Shown: positions 1 through 10,100 of the stretch, in pieces | Position numbering within the stretch: the stretch's first letter is position 1 | How the letters are laid out: every line of letters begins with the position of its first letter | NCBI GenBank assembly: GCA_002753335.1 | Contig: PEAD01000017.1 | Location: 1-62,142, forward strand | DNA length: 62,142 nucleotides | Source: Nitrospirae bacterium MYbin3 | GTDB taxonomy: Bacteria > Nitrospirota > Thermodesulfovibrionia > Thermodesulfovibrionales > Dissulfurispiraceae | Direction: 5' to 3' | Notes under the pieces: model-generated | What the model was told of the DNA's origin: nothing | Databases searched by the model: none | What the model saw: the letters and a program-made list of their open reading frames with translations, nothing else | Program-made: the position numbers and the translations under genes

Positions 1-109
1 AAATCGAGGTGAAAAATGTTGACTTAAAAATGCGGAAGAAATAAGATAAATAAAATGGTGGTCTCGATTATCTGGGATTGAATTGGTCTCGGTTACTTGG
101 GACGTGACA
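1..109. mobile_element. End of a transposon/IS (TG-terminated, with repeated transposase-binding sites); the rest lies left of the window
   Basis: Minus strand reads TGTCACG from 109 inward, followed by two 19-bp direct repeats (59-77 TGGTCTCGATTATCTGGGA; 84-102 TGGTCTCGGTTACTTGGGA; 16/19 identical). The terminus falls exactly where the AAA ATPase reading frame loses family similarity. Confidence 0.7.
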
Positions 110-487
110 GCTTTCTTTCAGGTGTTTGTGAATTTCCATAGAAGACGACCCGGAAGCAAAGATCTTCACCTTTATTCTGGAGTCGTACAATACTTTGAAA
201 ATACGCGTGGCGTTCTTCAGATAATGAAATTCATCAAGAAACAGCACATCAGCGTCTATGTTCTTCAGTTGTTTGATAAGCTGCTGCTCATCGCCGCTAT
301 AAGAGCGCAGATCATCGGGGTCTTCAAGATTGTGAAATAGCGTCTTTAAGCCGCTTCGTCGGCAATTCGCTTCCAGTTGACGCATAAGAAATGTCTTTCC
401 AACCTGTCGTGGGCCTATGAGTATAGATATAAAGGGTTTGTTTATCTCAGCTGTCAACTCTTTGTAAATATCGCGCTTAATCTTCAT
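110..487 (-). pseudogene. AAA_14/DUF4143-type ATPase, N-terminal part, interrupted by insertion
   Basis: Walker A GPRQVGKT, Walker B LFLDEFH and SGSS motif. After LKES the expected LxGR is replaced by 13 unrelated residues from the element end. Confidence 0.8.
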
Positions 488-489
488 AA

Positions 490-522
490 TTACAATTCTA
501 AACCATTACTTTAGAATTGTAA
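490..522. promoter_or_regulatory. Perfect 13-bp inverted repeat (probable operator) directly upstream of the ATPase start, containing a TAGAAT -10-like hexamer
   Basis: TTACAATTCTAAA (490-502), 7-nt spacer, TTTAGAATTGTAA (510-522). Confidence 0.55.
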
Positions 523-1148
523 AGAATTGTGTTTTGCGTTTAACTTAATCCTAAAAGCAAATGGCGCTTTCTCTCCGACCGCTTCTGGGGTTAGGCATTC
601 TCACTCCGCTCAGTGATGCAAAAAACATATACTAAAGACTCTGAAGATATGCCCGATTAAATAGTCATGAACTTTTGCCGAATTTTAGAGGCAGACAAAT
701 ATGGTAAGTTGAGCATATATCCTTGCATTACGCTGCAAACCGAAAAGTTCTCTCTGATGTCATACATATCATCATTTTTCAGCTTTATCGCCAAACCCAT
801 CTATGAAGAAAAACGATAAAATACTCTGTCCTATTAAGCAATGTTTCAAATATGTTATCGCTTGCGAAGCCTCCTGCAAAAAGAAAGAGAAGTGCTCTTC
901 TCTTAAAGATTTTCATTCGCCACTGCTCTGGGAGAAATAGCCAACCTGAAGTTTTGTCGCTTGCTGTATCTCTCGTAGTATTAAATATTCGTCATGCAAT
1001 GTATCAAGGCCTTACCATACATTATTTATTGCGTCTGTTTATTCGCAAAATGCCTTGATTATTGGTAGAATAACATCGTTTTCCCGGTGGTTGGTTATCA
1101 ATTTCAGATTGCTCTCAAAATAACGTGTTGAGGTGTTAGATTAGCAGC

Positions 1149-2213
1149 ATGAAAAAGCATGACCATATTATGACTCTCCGGGTTTTCTCTGCCGGGCTTG
1201 AAGTTGTTCCTACTATTACCTCATGGTATCTTTCTGAACTCGGTGAATCCAAAGGCAGACAGGAACTTTTTACCAAACAATCTCCGCAGAGGCTTAAAGT
1301 TTTGCGCGAGCATGCGCTGATTGAAAGCGCCGTTTCATCAAATCGCATAGAGGGTGTCACTGTTGAGCAGCAGCGCATACATACCGTAGTACTCGGCAGG
1401 GCTAACCTGCACAATCGAGACGAAGAAGAGGTGCGTGGCTATCGCAATGCATTAAAACTTATCCACGAGCAGAGCGCAAAACTGCCAACGTCGGAAGATA
1501 CAATTCACAAACTGCACTACTTGGCGCGCGGTGAAACTGGCGATGCCGGACTATTCAAGACAAAAGACGGCGACATAATCGAAAAATATCCTGACGGGAG
1601 AACTCGTATAAGGTTCAAAACCGTTGCAGCAACTCTTACGCCTTCCTATATAAAGCAGTTGACCTTATTATGGAGCGATAGCCTGCAAGAGCATCAGATA
1701 CACCCTCTCATTGCGCTGGCTGCCTTCAATCTTGATTTCCTTTGCATTCATCCTTTCAGGGACGGTAATGGCCGAGTTTCCCGCCTCCTTATGCTGCTTC
1801 AACTCTATCAGCTTGGATACGAGGTTGGATGCTATATCAGCATAGAGAGAATCATAGAACAAAACAAAGAGCGTTATTACGAGACATTGGAGCAAAGCTC
1901 CAACGGTTGGCACGAAGGCAAACATGATCCATGGCCTTATATCAATTATGTGCTCTTTACACTCAAAACAGCATATCGCGAGTTCGAAGATCGTGTTGGA
2001 CAGGTAACCTCACCAAGGGGCGCCAAGACAGAGCTGATAAGCAATGCAATTAATAACTCAATTATCAACTTTCGCGTAGCGGATATACAAAAGCAATGTC
2101 CCAGCGTCAGCGTGGATATGATAAGAAAAGTTTTGAAGACACTGCAGGCCGAAGGAAAAGTTCAGTGCCTTGGCCGCGGGCAGTCTGCCCGGTGGCAAAA
2201 AATACAGAAATAG
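1149..2213 (+). CDS. Fic-family AMPylase (class II, N-terminal inhibitory helix, C-terminal winged HTH)
   Basis: Canonical HPFRDGNGRVSR motif; SNRIEG inhibitory motif; C-terminal helix-turn-helix/wing (SVDMIRKVLKTL...GRGQSARW). Confidence 0.93.
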   Translation: MKKHDHIMTLRVFSAGLEVVPTITSWYLSELGESKGRQELFTKQSPQRLKVLREHALIESAVSSNRIEGVTVEQQRIHTVVLGRANLHNRDEEEVRGYRNALKLIHEQSAKLPTSEDTIHKLHYLARGETGDAGLFKTKDGDIIEKYPDGRTRIRFKTVAATLTPSYIKQLTLLWSDSLQEHQIHPLIALAAFNLDFLCIHPFRDGNGRVSRLLMLLQLYQLGYEVGCYISIERIIEQNKERYYETLEQSSNGWHEGKHDPWPYINYVLFTLKTAYREFEDRVGQVTSPRGAKTELISNAINNSIINFRVADIQKQCPSVSVDMIRKVLKTLQAEGKVQCLGRGQSARWQKIQK

Positions 2214-2214
2214 G

Positions 2215-2260
2215 GAATTAGGTATTACCCAATTAATCAGGTAATGAATTAGGTATTACC
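2215..2260 (+). repeat. 15-bp perfect direct repeat after the fic stop
   Basis: GAATTAGGTATTACC at 2215-2229 and 2246-2260 (31-bp period), with a degenerate AATCAGGTAAT copy between. Confidence 0.8.
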
Positions 2261-2289
2261 GGATTAGCGAAACAAAAATTTGTAATACG

Positions 2290-2459
2290 CATGCCGATAT
2301 TAAGATGACACTCAGATATGCTCACATAAGAGCCTGACAATGACTTTGAGGTATTCGCATTTAGCACCGAATCATTTACAGAATGCCGTGAATATGCTGA
2401 ATATTACAGGGGATAAAAACCGAACTGCATATTTACTGCATAGTGTAGCAGGAAATTAG
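2290..2459 (+). pseudogene. Tyrosine recombinase (integrase) C-terminal remnants, two in tandem
   Basis: Manual translation: 2290-2325 HADIKMTLRYAH; in another frame 2325-2459 HKSLTMTLRYSHLAPNHLQNAVNML...stop. Both match the box II H-x-x-x-x-MT-x-RY-x-H catalytic tyrosine motif. Confidence 0.85.
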
Positions 2460-2496
2460 GAATGATAGTGAAAGGTAAGTCATTGAAAATAAAGAG

Positions 2497-2569
<73 letters not shown>

Positions 2570-2684
2570 AATTCCTTATAATATAACATTTTTTTTGGTT
2601 TCATGTTAACCCCCGATTGCCGAAATTCCAAGCCAAAATACGGAGGTCAGGTTTTTGTGTTGCTGACTGTCACGTCGAATATAG

Positions 2685-4250
2685 CTAACTATCTAGGACT
2701 TCTCTTACTTTTAAAAGCAGTTCTTGTGGGGGAACCGGTTTAGGAACAAAGTTGATCCCTTCTTCGAGAATGCCTTTTTTGCTTATTATGTCGGACGTGT
2801 AGCCGCTTGTGAATATGGCTTTAACATCAGGCTTTAGTTTTTGCATATCGTGGTAAGCTTCTTTGCCATTTTTGTGGGGCATTATCACGTCGAGTATTAC
2901 CAGCTTAATATCTGTCATGTGTGACCTGAATTTTTCGACAGCATCAACGCCGTCTATTGCTTCAATGATAGTGTATCCGAACTCCCTCAGTATGTCGCTG
3001 TTTATTTTTCTGACCTCATGATCATCTTCTGCTATCATAACTGTTTCTGTACCGCCTTTGGGCGTATCAACTTTGCTGACCTCTGCAACTTCTTTTCCGG
3101 AATTCGAAGTTGGAAGGTATATCTTGAACGTAGTGCCGATGCCCAACTCACTGTAAACAGTCATGAACCCATTGTGCTGTTTGATGATGCCGTAAGCCAT
3201 TGCCAACCCCAGGCCTGTGCCCTTGCCCACCTCTTTTGTTGTGAAGAACGGCTCAAATATTCTGCCGGCTGTAGTTTTATCCATTCCTGTTCCTGTATCA
3301 GATACCGATATAATCGCATAATCGCCTATTGCGCCGAACTCATGGGCAGCCAGGAATCTTTCATCAAGTTCTATACTCGAAGTCTTGATGCTGATGATTC
3401 CGCCGTCAGGCATGGCATCTCTTGCATTGGATGCAAGATTCATCAACACCTGCTCTATCTGGCCCGAGTCGGCAACCACGTTTATTCTCTTATCCGCAAG
3501 GTCTGTTTTTAGCTCTATGTCTTCACCGATAAGTCTTGCAAGAAGCTTCTCAACTTTTCTTACTATGTCGTTTACATCTGTAAGCTGGGGGTCGATAATC
3601 TGTTTTCTGCTGAAGGCAAGCAGGCCGCTCGTAAGGTTTGCACCCCTTTCAGCGGCGGTTATGATGCTGTCTGCATATCCTTTGAGCGGATTTTCGGCCT
3701 CCATTTTCAATTGAAGTATATGACCATAGCCCATTATTGCGGTGAGTATATTATTGAAGTCATGAGCTATGCCCCCTGCAAGCGTTCCCACAGCCTCCAT
3801 TTTTTGGGCATGCCTTAACTGGTCCTCAAGCTTTTTCCGTCCGGTCACATTATTGATTAATTCAACGACCAGCGTCACCTCGCCTGAGGAGTCTTTTAAT
3901 GGAAAAGATTTGGTTTCTATATAGACCGGATTCCTGTCTTTATCGGTATGTACATGGAATGAAGCGTGAGGCTTGCCGGTGTCAAAAGAAAATTTTACCG
4001 AACACTCTTCCTTTATTTCATAGCAGGGTTTGTTCAGTCTATGAGAAATTGCATAGCAGTTTTTGCCTATTACTGAGCTTTCTTCAAGGCCTAACTGGTC
4101 GCAGTAGGCTTTGTTGGCAATAATAATCTTGAAGCTGCGGTCAACAACAATGAAGCCTTCTTCAACAAGGTCTATTATGCCTTTAAGTATTGACGCAGAA
4201 ATTTCCGGTGCTCTAAAAACCTCTAATATTTTATCTGTGTTGACGGTCAT
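2685..4250 (-). CDS. Cytoplasmic hybrid histidine kinase (PAS-HisKA-HATPase-REC, CckA-like)
   Basis: AHDFNN H-box, FFTTKEVGKGTGLGL, C-terminal receiver LVILDVIMP; PAS carries CY...PC...C cysteines. Confidence 0.93.
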   Translation of the reverse strand: MTVNTDKILEVFRAPEISASILKGIIDLVEEGFIVVDRSFKIIIANKAYCDQLGLEESSVIGKNCYAISHRLNKPCYEIKEECSVKFSFDTGKPHASFHVHTDKDRNPVYIETKSFPLKDSSGEVTLVVELINNVTGRKKLEDQLRHAQKMEAVGTLAGGIAHDFNNILTAIMGYGHILQLKMEAENPLKGYADSIITAAERGANLTSGLLAFSRKQIIDPQLTDVNDIVRKVEKLLARLIGEDIELKTDLADKRINVVADSGQIEQVLMNLASNARDAMPDGGIISIKTSSIELDERFLAAHEFGAIGDYAIISVSDTGTGMDKTTAGRIFEPFFTTKEVGKGTGLGLAMAYGIIKQHNGFMTVYSELGIGTTFKIYLPTSNSGKEVAEVSKVDTPKGGTETVMIAEDDHEVRKINSDILREFGYTIIEAIDGVDAVEKFRSHMTDIKLVILDVIMPHKNGKEAYHDMQKLKPDVKAIFTSGYTSDIISKKGILEEGINFVPKPVPPQELLLKVREVLDS

Positions 4251-4282
4251 GACTAAAATATATCTTAGCTTCCTGTTTGCTG

Positions 4283-4311
4283 ATTATACAAGGCGTGCAG
4301 TGAATCAGCAA
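4283..4311 (-). promoter_or_regulatory. Sigma-70-type promoter for the downstream kinase
   Basis: TTGCTG (4311-4306), 17 nt, TATAAT (4288-4283), overlapping the hgcB stop. Confidence 0.55.
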
Positions 4312-4607
4312 CAGCTTTTAGCTTTGCCTTCTTGAGGAGCGCTGCAGTCGCATGAGGGTTCTCCTCCATAGATCATGCTGTTTATAAGCGCGGCTGCGCA
4401 TCCCACCCCTTTGTCAACGCCCACAGCTTCAAAAGGACAGTTGGTTTGGCAGGCCCCGCATTCCATGCATCTGTCAGGATCTGTTATGAACGCTTTTTTA
4501 TCCTGAATCTCTAAAACAGCGTGGGGACAAACCTCCGCGCAATTTCCGCATCCGGTGCATTTGTCCTTATTCAATGTCAGTGTTGCAACATTCGCAAGGT
4601 ATTTCAC
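4305..4607 (-). CDS. hgcB: Mercury methylation 2[4Fe-4S] ferredoxin HgcB
   Basis: CTGCGNCAEVCP and CMECGACQTNCP, GVGCA motif, Cys-rich tail (CDC...CC). Start placed at GTG 4607 behind GGAGG, overlapping the hgcA stop (GTGA). Confidence 0.95.
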   Translation of the reverse strand: MKYLANVATLTLNKDKCTGCGNCAEVCPHAVLEIQDKKAFITDPDRCMECGACQTNCPFEAVGVDKGVGCAAALINSMIYGGEPSCDCSAPQEGKAKSCC

Positions 4608-5713
4608 AAAAGCCTCCATTCCATGAGCTTGTATGCGGACAGCAGTATAAGCGATATCACTACTGCCGTCATATATGCAGGTATCCCGTATTTAAGCTCT
4701 TTTTTTACTCCGCTCATACCGGTAAAGGTTGTTGAGCCGGTGAATTGAAGCGCGATATAGGAGCTTGCGGCAGGAAAGAATATGTATGCGACAACGCTCA
4801 ACGGCAGTGAGGTAAAAATTGAAGGCGCAAAGATTTTATGGTATGCAAAAACGGTTGAAATGCCAGCCAGCCAGCCCTTGATAGCGAAGGATCTAAAGGG
4901 GATTGCCGGCAGAAGCAGCGGGGTAATAAAAGCCCCTGAGACGACCGCAAGCATGCCCAAAACCAGAAAATGGAACCCGCCGTAAAAGGCGTCCCTGAAA
5001 ATTATGCCGGAAGGCTGCAGTCCGAAGGAAAGCAGAATTATCAGTGCGAAGAGAGGATAGTTTTTCATCGCCGGAATTATCTCCATAGGCGTAAGGATAA
5101 GCCTGTCTTTTATTGTGAACTGCACTGTTCTCATTTCGGGCGATGCTTTTCTGTCTGCTTCGAGGTATGCCGGAATATTTTTTGCGTAAACAGGGCCGTA
5201 ATACACTTTGAAGCCTGTTTTTTTTGTGACAAGATAGGAACAGATGCCAGGCGCCCCTAACTGCGGCACTATAATCCTTCGATGAGAAACTATTGATGCG
5301 AGTTTGCAGTCCGAGATCTTTTTTATCAACTCTACGGTGCCAAAACTGCCTTTGCCTGCTGCGCACCAGACATTAATCCCTTTTGTGTCGAGCACCAGTA
5401 TCCATCCGTTAAGGCCGTCAAGAGACTGTCTTAGCAGGTCAAAGCTGTATTTGTAATTTGCGCTTGCAAAAACCTCGGAATTCTCATCAGGTGAGCCTAC
5501 CGCATAGATGCCCGGCTCTACAATAAAGTTGTCCCTGTATGCGCTGATTCTGCATCTGAAATGCTCCCGGCAATCCTGAGGAGACAGGCTGGTTAAAGCT
5601 TTATAGACAGGCCCTGCAGGGGTGGCAACCGATCCTGTTGTCCATATCGGAGCAGGTTCGTTTAGTTTTAGAAGCCCGGCTTCGCTTTTCAGTTTCAGGG
5701 GTATTGTTGTCAT
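4604..5713 (-). CDS. hgcA: Mercury methylation corrinoid protein HgcA
   Basis: Cap-helix motif NVWCAAGKG (Cys is TGC), ANYKYSFD and PQLGAPG, C-terminal transmembrane domain ending FTGSTTFTGMSGVKKE; hgcB immediately downstream. Confidence 0.97.
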   Translation of the reverse strand: MTTIPLKLKSEAGLLKLNEPAPIWTTGSVATPAGPVYKALTSLSPQDCREHFRCRISAYRDNFIVEPGIYAVGSPDENSEVFASANYKYSFDLLRQSLDGLNGWILVLDTKGINVWCAAGKGSFGTVELIKKISDCKLASIVSHRRIIVPQLGAPGICSYLVTKKTGFKVYYGPVYAKNIPAYLEADRKASPEMRTVQFTIKDRLILTPMEIIPAMKNYPLFALIILLSFGLQPSGIIFRDAFYGGFHFLVLGMLAVVSGAFITPLLLPAIPFRSFAIKGWLAGISTVFAYHKIFAPSIFTSLPLSVVAYIFFPAASSYIALQFTGSTTFTGMSGVKKELKYGIPAYMTAVVISLILLSAYKLMEWRLL

Positions 5714-5730
5714 TAGCTATGCTTTATAAC

Positions 5731-7140
5731 CTATGACTGTTTTCTTCGGCTAAGTCTTTTATTCAATGCCTGTCGTGTTATACCGAGCATCGAAGCTGCT
5801 ATGCCCTGATTGCCATCGGCTATTTTTAGAGCTTCGTTTATGAGAATATCCTCGGCCTCATCAAGCGTTGGAAAAGGTTTTGACAGGTCTATGTTCATAA
5901 GTTTTGACACACTTGATGTCTGCAGTTCCTCTGTAGTTGGGATGATTTCATCGCCTATGATATTTTTGAAGCTTTCCAGCGAAAGTATCCCTGTTTTATG
6001 GCGGGCGACCGCATCATAAATCATGCCCTGAAGCTCCCTTAGATTACCCGGAAAGGTATAGCTGCTGAGGAGTGTATAAAGCTGGGGAGGCACCGTCGGT
6101 TTTTTTATGTTGAGTGTCTGCGCCGCTTCGTTCATGAAATGATTTGTGAGAAGCGGTATGTCATCAATTCTTTCGCGTAGCGGCGGTAAGTGTATGTGAT
6201 GAGTTCTCAGTCTGAAAAAGAGATCTTTTCTGAATTTTTTTGTCTCCATAAGATTTTTTATATCATGATTAGTTGCGACTATAACACGGCCATTGCTCTG
6301 CTTTGGTATATCAGAACCGATAGGGTAGTAGGTGTGTTCCTGAAGAAGCCTTAACAATTTAACCTGCGAAGATTCCTGCATGTCGCCTATCTCATCCAGG
6401 AAAAGGCTGCCGTTTTCTGCCAGCGACACGAGCCCATCTCTTGCTGTCTCTGCTCCGGTGAAGGCGCCTTTCTTATGTCCAAACAGTGTATCCGAAAACA
6501 TATTGTCGTCCAGCCCCGCAATATTTACAGCAACAAACTCGCCTTTCTGTCCGCCGAGCGTATGTATGGCATTGGCGAGAAGTTCTTTCCCTACCCCTGT
6601 TTCTCCGGTTATCAAGACGGGGTGGGGAGATATTGCGATCGCCTCAGCATACGAGAATATCGCCAGCATCTTGTTATTTTTGGTGATAATCGAAGAAAAG
6701 GCGGCCGGATTTTGTATCTTGCCCTCGAGGATTTGGTGTCTGAGCAGAGAAACTTCTTTGTGCAGAAGGAAATGTTCGAACGCCTTTCTGACGGTAGAAG
6801 AAAATTTGCTTTTATCGAGCGGTTTAACAATATAATCGAACGCCCCGTTTCTCATGCAATCAACAGCTGTTTCTATGGCGTTGTTTGCGGTCATGATAAT
6901 AACCGGCACTTCCGGGTACTCAGCCGTAATTTCTTTAAGCAGCTCACCTCCTGATATGCCGGGCATAGAAAGGTCGAGCACAACTACCGCAATCTCTTTT
7001 TGTGCGAGAAGCGGCATCACTTCAAGGCCGTTCTGGGCGGTATGAATATTCTGTATCTTTTCTGACAGGAGCACAGTTTTTTCCCCGTACAATATTTCGG
7101 GTTCGTCATCCACAAGCAACACCGCCAAATCCTGAGTCAT
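5731..7140 (-). CDS. Sigma-54-dependent response regulator (NtrC family)
   Basis: Receiver (VDDE...LDLSMP), GETGVGKE, GAFTGA, FLDEIG, FPGNLREL, Fis-type HTH. Confidence 0.95.
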   Translation of the reverse strand: MTQDLAVLLVDDEPEILYGEKTVLLSEKIQNIHTAQNGLEVMPLLAQKEIAVVVLDLSMPGISGGELLKEITAEYPEVPVIIMTANNAIETAVDCMRNGAFDYIVKPLDKSKFSSTVRKAFEHFLLHKEVSLLRHQILEGKIQNPAAFSSIITKNNKMLAIFSYAEAIAISPHPVLITGETGVGKELLANAIHTLGGQKGEFVAVNIAGLDDNMFSDTLFGHKKGAFTGAETARDGLVSLAENGSLFLDEIGDMQESSQVKLLRLLQEHTYYPIGSDIPKQSNGRVIVATNHDIKNLMETKKFRKDLFFRLRTHHIHLPPLRERIDDIPLLTNHFMNEAAQTLNIKKPTVPPQLYTLLSSYTFPGNLRELQGMIYDAVARHKTGILSLESFKNIIGDEIIPTTEELQTSSVSKLMNIDLSKPFPTLDEAEDILINEALKIADGNQGIAASMLGITRQALNKRLSRRKQS

Positions 7141-10100
7141 TTCTGCACCTCTTTTCCGGTTGGTGTATGAACCGGCAGGGTCACCCTCACAACCGTACCT
7201 TTGCCGAGTTCGGAGCTGAATTCTATATTACCATTATGTGTTGAGAGTATCTTGCTTGCAAGCGAAAGGCCTAGTCCTGTTCCTTCATGCTTGGTTGTAA
7301 AGAACGGCTTCATTATGTGCTTTAAGTCCTCTTCATCTATGCCGTAGCCCTCGTCCGAAACCTCAAGCACTGCGCTCTCTGATGAGTCATCGTATCTGGT
7401 GCTTACCTTCACCGCTTTGTCGGTGTCCGCAAGCGCCTGCAGTGCATTTAATATGAGATTTATAACAACCTGCTCTATCTGGGCGGGATTGCCTTTTAAC
7501 AGAGGGAGATTAACGGCTGCCGAAAATGAAAATCTTTTCGTAAGCTTCTGTATCCTTATATTCAGCAGCGATACCGCATTTTCTACTACGGAGTTCAAAT
7601 CGTAATCTTCGAAAAATAGCTGCCTGTCCTGAAGAGAAAGTCTTCTCATATCGGCTACTATGTTTTTTATTCTTACCGAACTTTTTGCTATCGCAGAGAT
7701 TAGATTTTTTACTATTTCGCTGATTGTATCTGAGGGCAGTCCTCCTGCAGAAAAGTTCCCGTGCTCTCTGGCATACTCGTCAAGTATCTTCGCTGCATCG
7801 CTCCATGTGTCGCGCAGGATTGAGGAGTTGAACATGATTACATTATTAGGATTGTTGATTTCGTGCGCCACTGCCGAGGCCATTTCACCCAGTGATGCGA
7901 GGTGGGCTGCTTCGTGCAGCCTGTTTTTTTCGGTCACATCCCTAGCTATGTGCAGCATTTTTACAAGTTTTCCAGAGTCGTCTTTTATCGGGACTATCCT
8001 GATATCGAGCATTTTCCCCTGATAATTTCTGGCCTGAAAATCAACCGGAGCCCCGGTTTCAAAGACCTTGTTGGCATGGCATTCGTCGATAGGGCAGTCT
8101 GTTTTATGTACGAGTTCATAGCAGAATCTCCCCTCAGGGCTTCCGCTCGATAAGTCTATATAGTTTTCGGTGCTTTTGTTCGCCCATAAGACCTTTTTAT
8201 CGAGAGACATCAGGACTATCGAGTCTGGCGTTGAGTTCAGGATTATATTGAATTCATTGTACAGCATGCTAAGTTTTGCTTCGCTTTCTTTCAGCGTCTG
8301 TTCAATTTCTTTTCTTTCGGCAATCTCGGCCTGCATGCTTTTGTTGATCTTTAAAAGTTCCGATGTGCGCTGTGCAATTATATCTTCAAGCCTTTCATGG
8401 TATTTTCTTAGTTCGTTTTCGGCCTTTTTCTTTTCTGTTATGTCCTCTATAATGCCGAAAATCAGAACGGGCTTTTGGTCATTGTCTCGTATTGTGGTTA
8501 TAACGATATTGCTCAAAAGTACTGTGCCGTCTTTTTTGATAAACCTTTTTTCCATAGAAAAGTGCGGCAGGCGTCCGGCCATGAGCTCCTGATAATAGAG
8601 CAGGTTAAGCCGGTCGTCGTCGGGGTTACTGATATCAGGCACAGAAAGCCCTAATAGTTCATTGATATCGTATCCTATCATTTTTTGAAACGCTGGATTG
8701 GCTTCGACAAATCTTCTGTCGGTGTTCACTATACTTATACCGATCGGAGCATTGTCGAAAACAGCCCTGAACCTCAGCTGGCTTCTTCTCAGCGCCTCTT
8801 CAACACTTTTTCTCATCGATATATCACGGTCAATGCCGAGTATGTATTTTTTTCCGTCAAGGGTTATTATTTTTGCAGAAACTTCCAACGGAAAGACAGA
8901 ACCGTCTTTTCGAATGTGGTCTATTTCAAACGTCACCACTTTATCCTGATTTTTTTGCAGCTGCATAGAAATCTCACGCGATTTTTCGTAGCTTTCGGGG
9001 GCATTAAGGAAGCTTATAGGTTTGCCTATGAGCTCCTCCAGTGTATAGCCGTGCATGATGCAGGCTGCGACATTTGCATCAACTATGGCAGGAGCTTTGC
9101 CTTGGGTGTCGGCATCCATCAGCAGTATGGCGTCAGAAGCCAGATTGAAAAGAGAATAGAAGCGTTCTTCGCTGATTCTTAGGGCTTTCTCAATCCGTAT
9201 CCTTTCGACTATCTCGGCCTGCAGCAGTCTGTTGGAATCTTCGAGTTCGGACGTTCTTTCTTTTATAAGGCCTTCCAGATTATGGTGATATTCTTCCAGC
9301 GTTTTTTCGGCCTTCTTTTTAGCGGTTGTATCAACAAAGATACAGACGAGGCTTCGTATTTTTGCGTCAGTATCGTATATTGGGGAGATTGTAGAACTGC
9401 AGATATATTTCTTTTCATCGCACCCGATGAGAGTTGATTCAAAGTAGCACCGCTCACCTTTTAGCCCTTTTTCTATCAGGGAACTTAGGTCTTCATCGTT
9501 ATTTTCTATTAAGCATATATCCGAGAGCAGTTTTCCTGATAGGTTGTTCATGCTGCATCCGGACAGAGAAAGAAAGGCCTCGTTCAAGGTTACACATCTT
9601 CCATCGGCATCTATCAGTGCGATAAAGTTCGGAGAGCCGTCAACAAGACTTCTGTATCTGCGCTCGGAGGATGCAATATTGGCGGATGATTCTTTCATTA
9701 ATTGCATTACCGCAAAGAAGGCAAGTGCAAAGCCAAAAAATAAGGCTATAGCTGCGATAGCGAATAATCTGTATTCTCGTATCAGCATTGTTGAGTCGAA
9801 CAACACCATAGACCAGTCAGAATCTTTTAGGAAGCGTCGTGTTACAAGAAGGTGTCTGCCCTGATAATTTACCTCGTCTCCGGTCTGCGGCTCATAGGGC
9901 AGCAGCGCTGTTTTATGTTTGTCATTGTCCGGCCAAAGATTTGATGAAACAAACTCCGGTTTGCTCGAAAGAAATATCAACCCTTTTCCGTCAACAAGGA
10001 AGGATTCTGGATGATGATTATTGGATTCAGAAAGAAAGTCGGTAATAAATTTATTTGACCGAACTACATTATCCGGGAATTTCTGAAGATGGCTCACTAT

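Noticed and set aside
852..1058. 68-aa plus-strand ORF upstream of fic as a possible antitoxin
   Set aside because: No RBS or family motif, and the Fic protein carries its own inhibitory motif.
4284..4307. Possible Sec readthrough of the hgcB TGA after CC
   Set aside because: Only six codons follow, there is no convincing SECIS, and HgcB normally ends in cysteines.
5714..5830. Sigma-54 promoter upstream of hgcA
   Set aside because: No GG-N10-GC with correct spacing found by eye.
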